Numbered from the whole stretch's first letter, positions 27,636 through 38,383 are shown. The stretch is 62,111 nucleotides of DNA, filler included, from 3 parts of 3 records of this genome joined end to end with filler, not necessarily neighbours in it, one strand, 5' to 3'. Notes: generated by a model not told the origin, from the sequence alone. Numbers and translations are program-made.

Positions 27636-28862
27636 TCAGGAAATAAGCCGTCCCGCCTCTTGCTCTTTCTTCTGGCCTTTCTCGACCCGGCGCGCCAGCT
27701 CGATATCCAGAGCCTCGGTTGACCAGGAATGCATCGCCGCGACGATCTTCACACGGGCACGCTCAATACTGGCCTGACTGTCAAAACCATCATCCGGATA
27801 GAGCTCCCGGTGCGGGATGATCGGCAGGAAATTCATGATATAGGCAACGGCCCTGTCACGGTTTTCAACGCAATCCGGTTTTTTGCAATCCAGTGCGTCG
27901 GCCTCCGTCCAGTACTCGATCAGATCGTTCCAGCCATCAAGCGCGAAGGCAACGTCACGGCGCAGCTTGATCAGGTAGGAGACGTTCGAATCCTGCTTTG
28001 AAAAGACATCGGCAAAACTTCCAAGCAGGGAATCCAGCGTGACGATCCGCTCATCCACATACCGGATCGTCTGATCCACCACTTCAAGCAGCACTTCCGC
28101 CGCCGCACCGTATTCTTCCGGCTTTTGTTCCATATAGGCGGCGACGGATTTCCGGAACTCCATCAGATTGACATGTTCCAGGAACAGATGGCCGTTCGTG
28201 CGGTCCGCCTGGGTTCCCTTCACGGTTCCGAATGGCGTGATCAGGCCGACCAGAGGCTCCAGCCACTCCCGCACATTATCGATGCTCACCCCGCTGCGCT
28301 GGGAGGCGAACAGGAAAACCCGGTCAATCAGCATCTCAAGATCGAAATGCGCCCGCGACTCTTCGGCGGTCATCAGATCGACCAGCGTTTTCGTATTTGC
28401 GCCCGCCATCACCGGATCGCCCCGCTCGATCCCGCATTCCTTCATCAGTTGGGCGATACAGGACATCCGGACAACTTCCTTGTCCTCATTATCCTGCTGA
28501 GCCTGTGCACGGGCCTTGGCCCTCACATCCGGATCGTCCGAATAGGCGGCATTCACCTTGTGCAGAAGCTCCCGCACCTGCAACGGATCAATGCCGTGTT
28601 TGCCGACGATCGCCGGAATGCCGTCATGCAATTCCCTGTCGCGGTCTGAAAGCTGCACAAAATCAGGCAGGTCTTTCCAGGGCACCACCATCAGCTCGCC
28701 ACGGCGCCCGCCTCCGAAACTCGGCAGCACCGCTTCCAGTATCCTGTCCCCACCGTGCTGATAAACGCGTGCCCGCGTGTGGCGCAGAGCCTCCCTCGTG
28801 TTGAACGGGACGCAGGTCCCGCGCCGCTCGAAGGTTTGCGCGACACTGATATTATTCGCCAT
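27636..28862 (-). CDS. Hypothetical protein (408 aa, soluble, helical)
   Basis: Long ORF with normal codon usage; no motif recognised. Confidence 0.7.
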   Translation of the reverse strand: MANNISVAQTFERRGTCVPFNTREALRHTRARVYQHGGDRILEAVLPSFGGGRRGELMVVPWKDLPDFVQLSDRDRELHDGIPAIVGKHGIDPLQVRELLHKVNAAYSDDPDVRAKARAQAQQDNEDKEVVRMSCIAQLMKECGIERGDPVMAGANTKTLVDLMTAEESRAHFDLEMLIDRVFLFASQRSGVSIDNVREWLEPLVGLITPFGTVKGTQADRTNGHLFLEHVNLMEFRKSVAAYMEQKPEEYGAAAEVLLEVVDQTIRYVDERIVTLDSLLGSFADVFSKQDSNVSYLIKLRRDVAFALDGWNDLIEYWTEADALDCKKPDCVENRDRAVAYIMNFLPIIPHRELYPDDGFDSQASIERARVKIVAAMHSWSTEALDIELARRVEKGQKKEQEAGRLIS

Positions 28863-29111
28863 ATGGCGGAATCCCAACGCTTTCAGATTGGCTAATTAGC
28901 GCAAAAATCACTGATTTTTGCAAGATTTTCAAACTATGGAGCACTCCCGCAAAGCCCAGGTTTTCCAATAAAAAGCAGTGCAAATTACAGATCTTGCGCC
29001 AAAGCCGGGGTCACGCAGGGATTTGACGCTCCGGTCATCAACAGCCACGCCTTACCAAAGACCAGCAGGGACGGTGTCTTTCAGCAGATCGTCATACTCA
29101 TAAACAACCGG

Positions 29112-30533
29112 TCAGCGGCCTGCCGACCTCGGTAACGTCACGGTAACCTCCAGGCCATGCGGCACCGCTGGCGCGAATACAAGCTCTCCATGGTGAGACC
29201 GGATCACCTCATCGGTGATGGCAAGGCCAAGACCACTCCCCCCGGTGTCGCGGTTGCGCGATGTTTCCAGGCGAACAAAAGGACGCAGAGCCGCCTCAAC
29301 CTGGTCAGCGGGAATACCCGGGCCATCATCCGACACCCTGACCCGTACCAGCTCCGCTGTAACGCCGAGCGTCACTTTTACGGAGTTCGCGTATTTGCAG
29401 CCGTTATCGATCAGATTCGTGAAAGCACGACGGACCGACACCGGCTGACAGGTAATGCGGGCATGGTCCGGGCCATCATAAGCAACCGCACAGCCAGCAT
29501 CCGATGCCGTGTCGCAGATGCTGATCAGAAGCGCAGCGATGTCGACTGTCCCGGGCGTCTCCTTGTTGAGCTGATGACTGGCAAAGGTCAGGGTCGAACT
29601 GACAATTGCCTCCATATCACCGATATCGGCCAGCACCATGCGTCTCTGTTCCTGATCCGGCAGGTATTCCGCAAAGAGCCGGAGCCGCGTCAGTGGCGTC
29701 CGCAGGTCATGTGAAATGGCGGCAACCAGCTGCAGGCGATCATCGACGAAGCGCTTCAATTCGTGCTGCATCTCATTGAAAGAATCCGCGATCGCCTCCA
29801 GCTCCGGGCTGCCATAATTGCCGAGCAACGTCGGCTCGCGATCCCGCCCAAGGCGTTCCGCGGCGGCGGATAGGTCAGTTAACGGCCGCGCAATGCTGCG
29901 CGCCACCCAAACTGACAGACCGCAAATCAGCAGAATGGCCGCGATCGGCACCAGCAAGTTACGGATGAAACGGGCAGCTTCCAGCCCATCGCTCTTGGGC
30001 GAGATCGTGAGCCAGCCACCAGACGAAAGCCGGACAGCGATCCGCATGTGCTCGACCACCATCTTGTCGGTATCGTCATCTATCAGATTGGTGATCAACA
30101 TCGGGATGCTCTCGAGTATGATCACGATCGGTGTCAGGGCACGCTCGGGCCCCTCCGTATCAACTGTCCGCACAAGCACATCATCAACGGGGATACCAAG
30201 ACGCCGGGCAAGGTCTTCCCGGAAGATCCTGAATGCATCCTGCTCCCAGTGATTGGTTATCGGCGGCTCGGCAGTCTCCACGAAATCAAGCCATTGGGCC
30301 GCCGGCAGGGTCTTCAGTACCACAGCCCATTCGTCCCGATTGGTTTGCTCGGCGCGCTGCACCGTTTCGGCCACTTTATCGACCAGCCAGGTCTTCTCGA
30401 AAAACAGGACGTCGGGCATGCCGATCACTATGCCCATGACCTTGTCCGTTGCCGTTGTCACGACCAGCGTCAGGACGATGACAATGCCAATCCGCGGGGC
30501 AAGGCGCAGGCGGGACCAGAAAGGTATGCGCAT
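29112..30533 (-). CDS. Membrane sensor histidine kinase (EnvZ/RstB-like)
   Basis: Two TM segments, HAMP, SHDLRTP H-box, NLIDNG, DDGPGIP, GSGLGL. Confidence 0.92.
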   Translation of the reverse strand: MRIPFWSRLRLAPRIGIVIVLTLVVTTATDKVMGIVIGMPDVLFFEKTWLVDKVAETVQRAEQTNRDEWAVVLKTLPAAQWLDFVETAEPPITNHWEQDAFRIFREDLARRLGIPVDDVLVRTVDTEGPERALTPIVIILESIPMLITNLIDDDTDKMVVEHMRIAVRLSSGGWLTISPKSDGLEAARFIRNLLVPIAAILLICGLSVWVARSIARPLTDLSAAAERLGRDREPTLLGNYGSPELEAIADSFNEMQHELKRFVDDRLQLVAAISHDLRTPLTRLRLFAEYLPDQEQRRMVLADIGDMEAIVSSTLTFASHQLNKETPGTVDIAALLISICDTASDAGCAVAYDGPDHARITCQPVSVRRAFTNLIDNGCKYANSVKVTLGVTAELVRVRVSDDGPGIPADQVEAALRPFVRLETSRNRDTGGSGLGLAITDEVIRSHHGELVFAPAVPHGLEVTVTLPRSAGR

Positions 30534-30556
30534 CGGCCGTTTCTTTCCGTAGCGGG

Positions 30557-31318
30557 CTATTGCTCACCTCCTGCCATGGGCAAACCGGCGACTGTAGCGG
30601 TGAAAAAATACCCTTCGTTCCGGACCGTCTTGATCAGAACGGGGGTCTGTGGATTAGCCTCGATCTTGCGGCGCAGCCGGCTGATCTGAACATCGATGCT
30701 GCGGTCATAAGCCTGGCTTGACCGGCCATGCGCCAGATCGAGAAGCTGGTCCCGGTTCAGCACACGTTGCGGATGCTCGAGAAAAACCAGCAGCAAATCA
30801 AACTCGCCACTCGTAAGGTCCGTTAGCGCGCCATCGGGGGAAACCAGTGTCCGGCGATTGGCATCCAGCACCCAGCCCTCGAAATTGTAAGCCGTGCTCC
30901 CGCGATGTTGCGGGGCGATACTGCCCGCCAGCATCCGCCGGGTGACGGCGCGGATCCGAGCCAGCAGCTCACGCGGATTGAACGGCTTCACCACGTAATC
31001 GTCGGCACCGATTTCCAGTCCGATGATGCGGTCTGTATCAGCGTTCATCGCGGTCAGCAGGATAATCGGCACCGCGCTTTCCGACCGCATCCGGCGGCAG
31101 AGAGACAATCCGTCCTCCCCCGGCATCATGATGTCGAGCACGATCACGTCGATCCGCGCATCGGCGCATACCTGAAACATTTCCACTCCGTTACGCGCCT
31201 GGCTGACGCGAAGCCCATGATCAACCAGAAAACGGGCCAGCATCGTGCGGATGCGCTGATCGTCATCGACGACAAGGACATGTGTCCCGCCGCCCTGTGG
31301 GCTGCTATTCTGAGTCAA
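30557..31318 (-). CDS. OmpR family response regulator (TTG start at 31318)
   Basis: VVDDD, LDIMMPG, KPF, DRSIDVQISRLRRK; GGAGA RBS before the TTG. Confidence 0.92.
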   Translation of the reverse strand: MTQNSSPQGGGTHVLVVDDDQRIRTMLARFLVDHGLRVSQARNGVEMFQVCADARIDVIVLDIMMPGEDGLSLCRRMRSESAVPIILLTAMNADTDRIIGLEIGADDYVVKPFNPRELLARIRAVTRRMLAGSIAPQHRGSTAYNFEGWVLDANRRTLVSPDGALTDLTSGEFDLLLVFLEHPQRVLNRDQLLDLAHGRSSQAYDRSIDVQISRLRRKIEANPQTPVLIKTVRNEGYFFTATVAGLPMAGGEQ

Positions 31319-31375
31319 TCGGTCTCTCCGTCTGCCTGAGACACTAACGCATTCATCTCCCGCCGGGAGCGCGCT

Positions 31376-31411
31376 GCAACATTCTGAAACATATTGATAC
31401 GGTACCGACAC
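31376..31411. promoter_or_regulatory. Tandem OmpR-type half-site array
   Basis: GCAAC/GAAAC/GATAC/GACAC at 10,10,11-bp periodicity in the divergent intergenic region. Confidence 0.55.
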
Positions 31412-31473
31412 GCATTCCGGCGGTGCCTTGCGTAGTTTGTCTCCGCGATACACACAGCCAATGGATTTTCGAC

Positions 31474-32298
31474 ATGAAATGCCAAATTACTAAAGCGGTC
31501 GGCGCCCGGATGACAGCCCAGATCCTGATGGTCAGCGGGTTGATGGTGCTGGGCAGCGCCTGCAGTGTTCTGGCGGAGGAAGCCGTATCCGACTGGGAAA
31601 TCCAGCTTGGCGCCGGTGCCATGGTCAAGCCCGACTATGAAGGCAGCGACGATTACGAGGTCAGCCCTCTGCCCATGGTCAAGATCAGCTACAAGGACCG
31701 CGTCTTTCTGGACGGACCGTCGCTTGGCGCCAACCTTTTCATCTGGAACGGCACCCGTCCGGGCGACCAGCTCAAGATCGGCCCGCTGGTGCGCTATCAG
31801 ATGGGACGGGACGAGGATGACAATGATGCGCTGAAAGGACTTGGCAGCGTTGACGGTTCCGCCGAGGTCGGCGGTTTCATAAGCTATGACAACGGCCCAT
31901 TCTCGGCCGGTGTAAAGGCGTTCCAGGATGTCGGCGACGGACATGAAGGCATGACTGTCGAGCTTGAGGGCGGATACAGGCACCGTTTCAATGACAGCTG
32001 GTCCATGAACGCCGGAATAGCGACGACCTGGGCCGACGACGACTACACCCAGTCATTCTTCGGCATCGATGCAGGCCAGTCGCTCCACAGCGGCTACCGG
32101 GAATACAATGCCGAATCCGGCTTCAAGGATGTCAGTCTTTCCCTCGGCGTCAGTTACGCAGTGACCGAGAACTGGAACGTCACAGGCATGGTCGGATACA
32201 GCCGCCTCATTGGCGACGCCGCCGACAGCCCTATCGTGGACGAACAGGGCTCCGCCGACGCGTTCATGACCGGGATTTTCGTCGGTTATCGCTTCTAG
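31474..32298 (+). CDS. MipA/OmpV family outer-membrane beta-barrel
   Basis: Signal peptide, P.YEGSDDY, Y.QSFFGI, GDAADSPIV, terminal YRF. Confidence 0.9.
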   Translation: MKCQITKAVGARMTAQILMVSGLMVLGSACSVLAEEAVSDWEIQLGAGAMVKPDYEGSDDYEVSPLPMVKISYKDRVFLDGPSLGANLFIWNGTRPGDQLKIGPLVRYQMGRDEDDNDALKGLGSVDGSAEVGGFISYDNGPFSAGVKAFQDVGDGHEGMTVELEGGYRHRFNDSWSMNAGIATTWADDDYTQSFFGIDAGQSLHSGYREYNAESGFKDVSLSLGVSYAVTENWNVTGMVGYSRLIGDAADSPIVDEQGSADAFMTGIFVGYRF

Positions 32299-32316
32299 TC
32301 CGGATGGACGTGTGAG

Positions 32317-32538
32317 ATGCAAAAATTCAAGACTGAAGCCGCCGCTCCGGAGTGTCCGTCAGGACACGGCCGGGCGGCCGTCGCCGATATAGAGGTCACA
32401 CCGGAAATGGTCTGGGCCGCACTTGAGGAATGGTCCGGCTTCGATGAGGCGCGCGATGAACTGGGAGCTTTGTTCACACGCGTCTACCGGGTCATGGACG
32501 GTGCTCGGCGTACAAGCGGAACACATCACCCGGCTTGA
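32317..32538 (+). CDS. Small hypothetical protein
   Basis: 73-aa ORF with IEVTPEM...VYRVM pattern; weak RBS. Confidence 0.45.
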   Translation: MQKFKTEAAAPECPSGHGRAAVADIEVTPEMVWAALEEWSGFDEARDELGALFTRVYRVMDGARRTSGTHHPA

Positions 32539-32599
32539 CCAAACCACTTGCGCTGATCGGCAATCACATCAGACAAAAAGCGACGGCTTGAAAAAGAGA

Positions 32600-32686
32600 T
32601 GGTGCCCCCGGGGAGACTTGAACTCCCACTCCGTTGCCGGAAACAGATTTTGAATCTGCCGCGTCTACCGATTCCGCCACAGGGGC
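32600..32686 (-). tRNA. tRNA-Leu(CAA)
   Basis: GCCCCTG...GGCGGAATCGGTAGACGC, anticodon arm GCAGA-TTCAAAA-TCTGT, long variable arm, GTTCAAGTC, encoded CCA; TTGACC-N16-TATTAT promoter upstream. Confidence 0.97.
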
Positions 32687-32829
32687 CCCGCTTTGCGAGG
32701 AGCCGCATAATAGCCAAAAGAAAGGGCCGGTCAATCCGCAACCGGCAGCTTGCGCGGCAATGGTGACGACTGCTAAAGCGATGCTCGCGCCGGAAGGAAC
32801 CCGGCCTGGTTTCCGGGACATCTGACAGC

Positions 32830-33411
32830 ATGCTGCAAGCGACCTACGAGCGATTGATGCGGGCCGCCGCACACAAGCGGGCGAATTATTGGCTGGCGCT
32901 GATTTCCTTCATCGAGAGCTCTGTCTTCCCGATCCCGCCGGACACCATGCTGATCCCGATGGTGCTGGCCGACCGGCGCAATGCCTGGCGCGCGGCGGGT
33001 ATCTGCACCATCGCTTCCGTACTTGGCGGCATGCTGGGCTATGCCATCGGCGCCCTGCTCTATGAAGCTGTCGGCCTGCCGTTGCTTGAATTCTACGGCT
33101 ATGCGGAGAAGTTCGCTGCCTTTACGGATCAGTACAATGAATGGGGCGCCTGGATCGTGTTCGGCGCCGGAATCACGCCGTTCCCCTACAAGGTCATCAC
33201 CATTGCCAGCGGCGTGGCCCATCTCGACCTTGCGGTCTTCGTCATCGCCTCGGTACTGGCACGGGGACTCCGGTTCTATCTCGTCGCCGCGCTGTGCTGG
33301 AAATTCGGGCCGGCCGTGCAGAGTACCATCGAGAAAAATCTCGGGCTCTGGACCACCGCCGGCTTCCTGCTGTTGGTCGGCGGTTTCGCGCTGATCAAAT
33401 TCCTGGCCTGA
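32830..33411 (+). CDS. YqaA/DedA (VTT domain) membrane protein
   Basis: SFIESSVFPIPPD, SVLGGMLGY, TPFPYK. Confidence 0.9.
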   Translation: MLQATYERLMRAAAHKRANYWLALISFIESSVFPIPPDTMLIPMVLADRRNAWRAAGICTIASVLGGMLGYAIGALLYEAVGLPLLEFYGYAEKFAAFTDQYNEWGAWIVFGAGITPFPYKVITIASGVAHLDLAVFVIASVLARGLRFYLVAALCWKFGPAVQSTIEKNLGLWTTAGFLLLVGGFALIKFLA

Positions 33412-33435
33412 CCGGCTTCCGATTTCCCGCCGGGA

Positions 33436-34611
33436 TCAGGCCGCGGCGGCACCCTCTTCTGTGCCGGTGATCCAGCCGCCGCCGAGCACCCGGGTCGAAT
33501 CGCCGGGCGTGTAAAAGACGGCCGCCTGCCCGCGAGCGATGCCGTGCTGCGGCGTGTCGAGCAGAATGCGGCCCCGGCCTTCGCTGTCCGTATAGATCCG
33601 CGCCGATGCCGGGCGGGTGGCTGAGCGTAACTTCACCTCAATCGGTATACCGGCCTCTCCCGGCAGGGCATCGCCGAGCCAGTTCAACTGGTCTACATAG
33701 ACAGTCTCGCGGCCCAGCGCCTCACGCGGGCCGACAACCACCTTGCTTGCCGCCGGATCGAGCCGGACCACATAGAGCGCGTCTGTGTCCGGATTGCCGT
33801 CCTCGTCGCGGCGGCCACCAATACCGAGGCCTTTCCGCTGACCGATCGTGTAGTGAATGATGCCCTTGTGGCGCCCGAGAACGGTGCCGTCGAGATGCAC
33901 GATCTCGCCCGGCTCGGCCGCGCCGGGGCGCAGTTTCTCGACCAGTTCGGCATAGCGCCCGTTAGGCACGAAGCAGATATCCTGGCTGTCCGGCTTGTCC
34001 GCGATGGCAAGGCCGAACCTGCGCGCATGCTCACGGGTTTCCTCTTTTTCCATGCCGCCGAGCGGGAAGCGCAGAAAGTCGAGCTGCTCCCGCGTTGTGG
34101 CGAACAGGAAATAGCTCTGATCCTTCTGCGGATCGATGGCGCGGTGCAACTCCGCCCCGTTCTCACCCTCAACCCGGCGCACATAATGACCGGTGCAGAG
34201 CACATCGGCCTGCAGCTCCCGTGCGGTCGCAAGCAGGTCACGGAACTTGACGGTCTGATTGCAGCGCACACAGGGGATCGGGGTCTCGCCACGCAGATAG
34301 CTGTCGGCAAAATCGTCAATCACTTCCTGGCGGAACCGGCTCTCGTAATCGAGCACATAGTGCGGGAAGCCCAAGGCATCAGCGACATTGCGCGCATCAT
34401 GAATATCAAGACCGGCGCAGCAGGCGCCCTTCTTGGCCAGCGCCGCGCCGTGATCGTAGAGCTGCAGCGTGATGCCAACGACATCGTAACCCTGCTCCGC
34501 CATAAGCGCGGCAGTCACGGAGCTGTCGACACCGCCGGACATGGCGACGACGACCCGCGTGTCCTTCGGGGCCTTGGCAATACCGAGCGAGTTGAGTGTG
34601 CGTGCTGTCAT
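33436..34611 (-). CDS. mnmA: tRNA 2-thiouridylase MnmA (start revised to 34611)
   Basis: [43 protein letters not shown]. Confidence 0.97.
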   Translation of the reverse strand: MTARTLNSLGIAKAPKDTRVVVAMSGGVDSSVTAALMAEQGYDVVGITLQLYDHGAALAKKGACCAGLDIHDARNVADALGFPHYVLDYESRFRQEVIDDFADSYLRGETPIPCVRCNQTVKFRDLLATARELQADVLCTGHYVRRVEGENGAELHRAIDPQKDQSYFLFATTREQLDFLRFPLGGMEKEETREHARRFGLAIADKPDSQDICFVPNGRYAELVEKLRPGAAEPGEIVHLDGTVLGRHKGIIHYTIGQRKGLGIGGRRDEDGNPDTDALYVVRLDPAASKVVVGPREALGRETVYVDQLNWLGDALPGEAGIPIEVKLRSATRPASARIYTDSEGRGRILLDTPQHGIARGQAAVFYTPGDSTRVLGGGWITGTEEGAAAA

Positions 34612-34724
34612 AATGGGCGCAATATAGGAATTACTGCCCGACAGGCAAGTGGCGGTTGCGCATGGCACCTGCACCCTGCACGCGGATACACCCACGCACA
34701 GGGTCCCGGTGATGCGGTCAGGCT

Positions 34725-36041
34725 TCAATTATTTTTGATATTGATCAGGAAAGTCTGGACCTTCTCGGACAGCATGCGCGCACGTTCGCCCAGCGTCTCC
34801 GAGGCCGCCGCCATCTTGTCCGCGACCTGCAAAGTATCGGAAGAGGACCGGCTGAGGCTCGACGCCACTCCATTGACCTCGTGCGCACTATCCGTCGCCT
34901 GGCGTGTGTTCGTCGCCACGAGCTGGGTCTGTTCGTCCTGCTCTTTCATCGTGTCGGAGACTTCGCGGCTGTTCTGCTCCATCTGGTCGATGGTGTCACT
35001 CAGCTCACGAATGATGGAGACAATATTACTGGTGTTTTCCTGGTTCTCGTGGATGTGGTTCTCGATCTCACCGGTCGCATTCGAGGTCTGGCTTGCAAGG
35101 TTCTTGACCTCATTCGCCACAACCGCGAAGCCCTTGCCCGCCTCTCCAGCCCGCGCCGCCTCGATGGTTGCGTTGAGGGCCAGCAGGTTGGTCTGCTCGG
35201 CAATATCCCGGATCAGGCCGATCACCTCCCCGATCTTCTTTGAATTGTGTTCCAGAGTCGCGATCGCCTCGTCGGCGCTGCGCGCTTTCTCGACGGCCTG
35301 GGCCGCGATGCGGCTTGAGGTCAGGACACTCTCCAGAACCCTCTGGATGGAGCGGGAAAGCTCATCCGCTGCCTGACTGACCAGATCCACGCTCTGGGCC
35401 GCCGTCACGGCAGAGGCCTCCAGCTGCCCGGACTGGCTCTGGTTCGTGCCCGCCACCTGGTCCAGAGTCTGTGCGGTCTCCTTCAGATCCCCCACGGACG
35501 CCGCCAGATCGTCCATGAAATTCTTGATCACCGCCTCGAACTCGTCCGTGAGCTTCGAGACCCGGTGATACTTCTCGATCTCCGCTTTCTGGAGACGCTC
35601 CTTCTCCGCACGCGCTTCGTTCTCGCGGATGATGTTCTGTTTGAAAACCAGCATGGCCCGGGCCAACTCGCCGATCTCGTCCTGCCGGTCCACGTGATCG
35701 ACCGCGACATCGGTCCCGCCGCCCGCCAACACGGATGTGGTTCTTGTCAGAGAGGTCAGCGGATTGGTGATCCGGAAGAAATAGACCCAGACCGTTACAG
35801 CGACCCCGAAGATCATCACCGGCGGCACCCCCCAGAAGGCGAGACCGATAACATCCCGCAGGCCGTCAATCTCCTGCCCGAGCCTGGCAGAGCTTTCGGG
35901 ATTTGCGCTCATGCTCGCCCAGGTCTGCTGCAGCGAGCCGATCTCATGATGAAGCGCAGTCACGGCGGCAACCAACAACACGCCAAACAGCACCAAGCCG
36001 CATATTACCAGCCAGGCAATATGCTTGATCCGGATTTCCAG
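34725..36041 (-). CDS. Methyl-accepting chemotaxis protein (start uncertain, probably CTG)
   Basis: TM-short loop-TM-HAMP; [34 protein letters not shown]. Confidence 0.9.
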   Translation of the reverse strand: MEIRIKHIAWLVICGLVLFGVLLVAAVTALHHEIGSLQQTWASMSANPESSARLGQEIDGLRDVIGLAFWGVPPVMIFGVAVTVWVYFFRITNPLTSLTRTTSVLAGGGTDVAVDHVDRQDEIGELARAMLVFKQNIIRENEARAEKERLQKAEIEKYHRVSKLTDEFEAVIKNFMDDLAASVGDLKETAQTLDQVAGTNQSQSGQLEASAVTAAQSVDLVSQAADELSRSIQRVLESVLTSSRIAAQAVEKARSADEAIATLEHNSKKIGEVIGLIRDIAEQTNLLALNATIEAARAGEAGKGFAVVANEVKNLASQTSNATGEIENHIHENQENTSNIVSIIRELSDTIDQMEQNSREVSDTMKEQDEQTQLVATNTRQATDSAHEVNGVASSLSRSSSDTLQVADKMAAASETLGERARMLSEKVQTFLINIKNN

Positions 36042-36155
36042 TGTACGTCTCGCCAGCTATGAGGTTGATCTAAATCAGAAAATTCACAAACACAGTGTAC
36101 CGCGTCAGCCCCGGTAAAAACAGTGAAATCCTAAATCGTGTGAGGCGGCATCACC

Positions 36156-36845
36156 TCACGCATTGGCGGCACGCAGCCCCATCTGCCAGAAATCCCGCTC
36201 CAGCACGGTTGCCGCCTCGAAGGTTTTGGCCAGATCGGCAAACCGGTCTTCCCCGCCGCGCCGGGCCGCGAGAGCATCGAGATGGACGGCCGCACCGCGT
36301 GCGACCTCCTGATAGTCCTCACCCGCATACATCTCAATCCAGGCGAGGTAGGGATTGCCGTCCCGCTTCGTTGCCGGATCCGCCGCGAGCCGGGCACCGA
36401 TCACGCCATAACCGACCACGCAGGGTGCCAGCGCCACATGCAAGTCCAGCATGTCTCCTGCCATGCCGCGCTCCAGCACATAGCGCGTATAGGCCATACA
36501 GGCCGGGTCTTCCGGCAGCGCGGCCATCTCTGCCTCGCTCAGCCCCCAGCCGGCGCAATATTTGACATGCAGATCCATCTCGATGTCGAGAATGCCGGAG
36601 ATGACGGCGGAGGCCGCGCGCATATCCTCAAGCCTGTCCGCCTTGTAGACCGCGAGGCCGTAGGCCCGGGCGAAATGGATCAGAAACAGGTAATCCTGGC
36701 CGAGATAATGTTTGAACGCCGCTTCCTGCAAGCTTCCGTCCGCCATGCCAGCCACGAAAGGATGTGCGGTATAAGCCTGCCACGCATCCGGTGCAGCGGC
36801 GATCAGCCGGCCGAGGAAACCATCTTCAGGGACGAGACCGCTCAC
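36156..36845 (-). CDS. tenA: TenA family thiaminase II / aminopyrimidine aminohydrolase
   Basis: HPFV, YLGQDYLFL.HFAR, LAPCVVGY, WIEMY, LERDFWQM; GTG overlaps the ferredoxin stop. Confidence 0.9.
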   Translation of the reverse strand: MSGLVPEDGFLGRLIAAAPDAWQAYTAHPFVAGMADGSLQEAAFKHYLGQDYLFLIHFARAYGLAVYKADRLEDMRAASAVISGILDIEMDLHVKYCAGWGLSEAEMAALPEDPACMAYTRYVLERGMAGDMLDLHVALAPCVVGYGVIGARLAADPATKRDGNPYLAWIEMYAGEDYQEVARGAAVHLDALAARRGGEDRFADLAKTFEAATVLERDFWQMGLRAANA

Positions 36846-37162
36846 GCCGTGCCGTCCGGCGGCAGGGTCACGACCAGACCGTCGAGTTCCTCGGTAATGC
36901 GGATCTGGCAGCCGAGGCGGGACGTGTCGACAATGTTGAAGGCGAGATCGAGCATGTCTTCCTCGTCGTCGCTCGGCGCCGGAACCGTCTCGTACCATTC
37001 CGGAGCGACGTGGACATGACAGGTCGCGCAGGCGAGGCACCCCTCACAGGCGCCTTCGATATCGACATCGTTTTCGCGCGCAATCTGCAGCAGCGTGTAT
37101 CCGAGCGGGGCATCGACTTCCTGACGGGTACCGTCACGGCCGATGAATGTCATGCGGGGCAA
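36842..37162 (-). CDS. fdx: Adrenodoxin-type 2Fe-2S ferredoxin
   Basis: ACEGCLACATCHV, EEDMLD, SRLGCQ; GGAGA RBS before the TTG. Confidence 0.92.
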   Translation of the reverse strand: MPRMTFIGRDGTRQEVDAPLGYTLLQIARENDVDIEGACEGCLACATCHVHVAPEWYETVPAPSDDEEDMLDLAFNIVDTSRLGCQIRITEELDGLVVTLPPDGTA

Positions 37163-37197
37163 ATCACTCTCCGTTCGATATCCGCTCGAAAGGCGGA

Positions 37198-38310
37198 TTA
37201 TTGTTGGTCGGCTGACGAGCGTTTGTACAAATCGCACCAGGCCGCGACAAGCCTGTCGATATCCTCGTCCGTCGTTTCCCACCCGATTGATACACGGATC
37301 GCGGTTTCCGCATCCGGTGAGTCCGGGTCCATCGCATCCAGCACATGGCTGCGCCGGACTTTTCCGGACGAGCAGGCGGAGCCCGAACTAATGGCGATCC
37401 CGGCAAGATCCATCGCGATCACCTGGGTCTCCCCCCTGGCCCCTCGGATAGACACACAGCTGGTATTTGGCAGGCGCGCCACTCCCGAGGAGAATATTCG
37501 TGCGCCATTCCCCGCCGCCACAACTGCCGTCTCGAACCGGTCACGCAGCGCCGAGACCCTTTGCCAGTCGTCAAGCGCAGCCAATGAAGCCTCCGCCGCG
37601 GCACCAAAACCGGCAATGCCGATCTTGTTCTCCGTCCCGGAGCGCCGCCCCTTCTCCTGCCCGCCGCCGGACTGAACAGCCTTCAAATCCAGCCCTTCAC
37701 GCACGACAAGCGCGCCAACACCCGACGGCCCACCGATTTTATGGGCCGAAAGCGACAGCAGATCGACGCCTGCTTCCTTCATGTCGATGGAGAGTTTGCC
37801 CGCAGCCTGCACCGCGTCGCTGTAGACGAGAGCTCCGTGCTCATGCGCGATGTCGACAATCCGGTCGATTGGCTGCACCACGCCTGTCTCGTTATTCGCC
37901 CATTGCACGGCGACAAGAGACGCCTCTCCGCCCTGCGCCAGAGCGGATTTCAGCTCCGCAAGGTCCAGCACACCATCGCCATCCACCGGTAACCGGACAG
38001 CATCCGGCATGGCCGCAAGAACCGCGTCATGCTCGATAGCACTTGTGATGATACGGGAACGCCCGCAGCCCTTCAGCGCCAATGCCGAGGCTTCGGTGCC
38101 GCCGCTGGTGAACACCACCGATTGAGGGGCTGCACCGACCAAGGCCGCCACCTGACGGCGGGCCTTTTCCACCAGAGCGCGGGCGGCCCGGCCGGGGCCA
38201 TGCACGGAAGACGGGTTTCCCACGACGTCCATCGCATCGGCCATCGCGGCACGGGATTCACCCCTTAGCGGCGCTGTCGCGTTATAATCCGCATAGACTC
38301 TGTTTGGCAT
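37198..38310 (-). CDS. Cysteine desulfurase (NifS/IscS group I)
   Basis: DYNATAP, GNPSSVH, FTSGGTE, SAHKIGGP, SSGSACSS. Confidence 0.93.
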   Translation of the reverse strand: MPNRVYADYNATAPLRGESRAAMADAMDVVGNPSSVHGPGRAARALVEKARRQVAALVGAAPQSVVFTSGGTEASALALKGCGRSRIITSAIEHDAVLAAMPDAVRLPVDGDGVLDLAELKSALAQGGEASLVAVQWANNETGVVQPIDRIVDIAHEHGALVYSDAVQAAGKLSIDMKEAGVDLLSLSAHKIGGPSGVGALVVREGLDLKAVQSGGGQEKGRRSGTENKIGIAGFGAAAEASLAALDDWQRVSALRDRFETAVVAAGNGARIFSSGVARLPNTSCVSIRGARGETQVIAMDLAGIAISSGSACSSGKVRRSHVLDAMDPDSPDAETAIRVSIGWETTDEDIDRLVAAWCDLYKRSSADQQ

Positions 38311-38383
38311 TGTTGCCCCAAATCCCGGCCAATCGCTCAGCCGAGATAAGCAGGCGGGACAAGACCGTCAAGGAAGGAGCGCG

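Noticed and set aside
33853-35376. 507-aa plus-strand ORF
   Set aside because: Antisense to mnmA and the MCP; typical high-GC shadow frame
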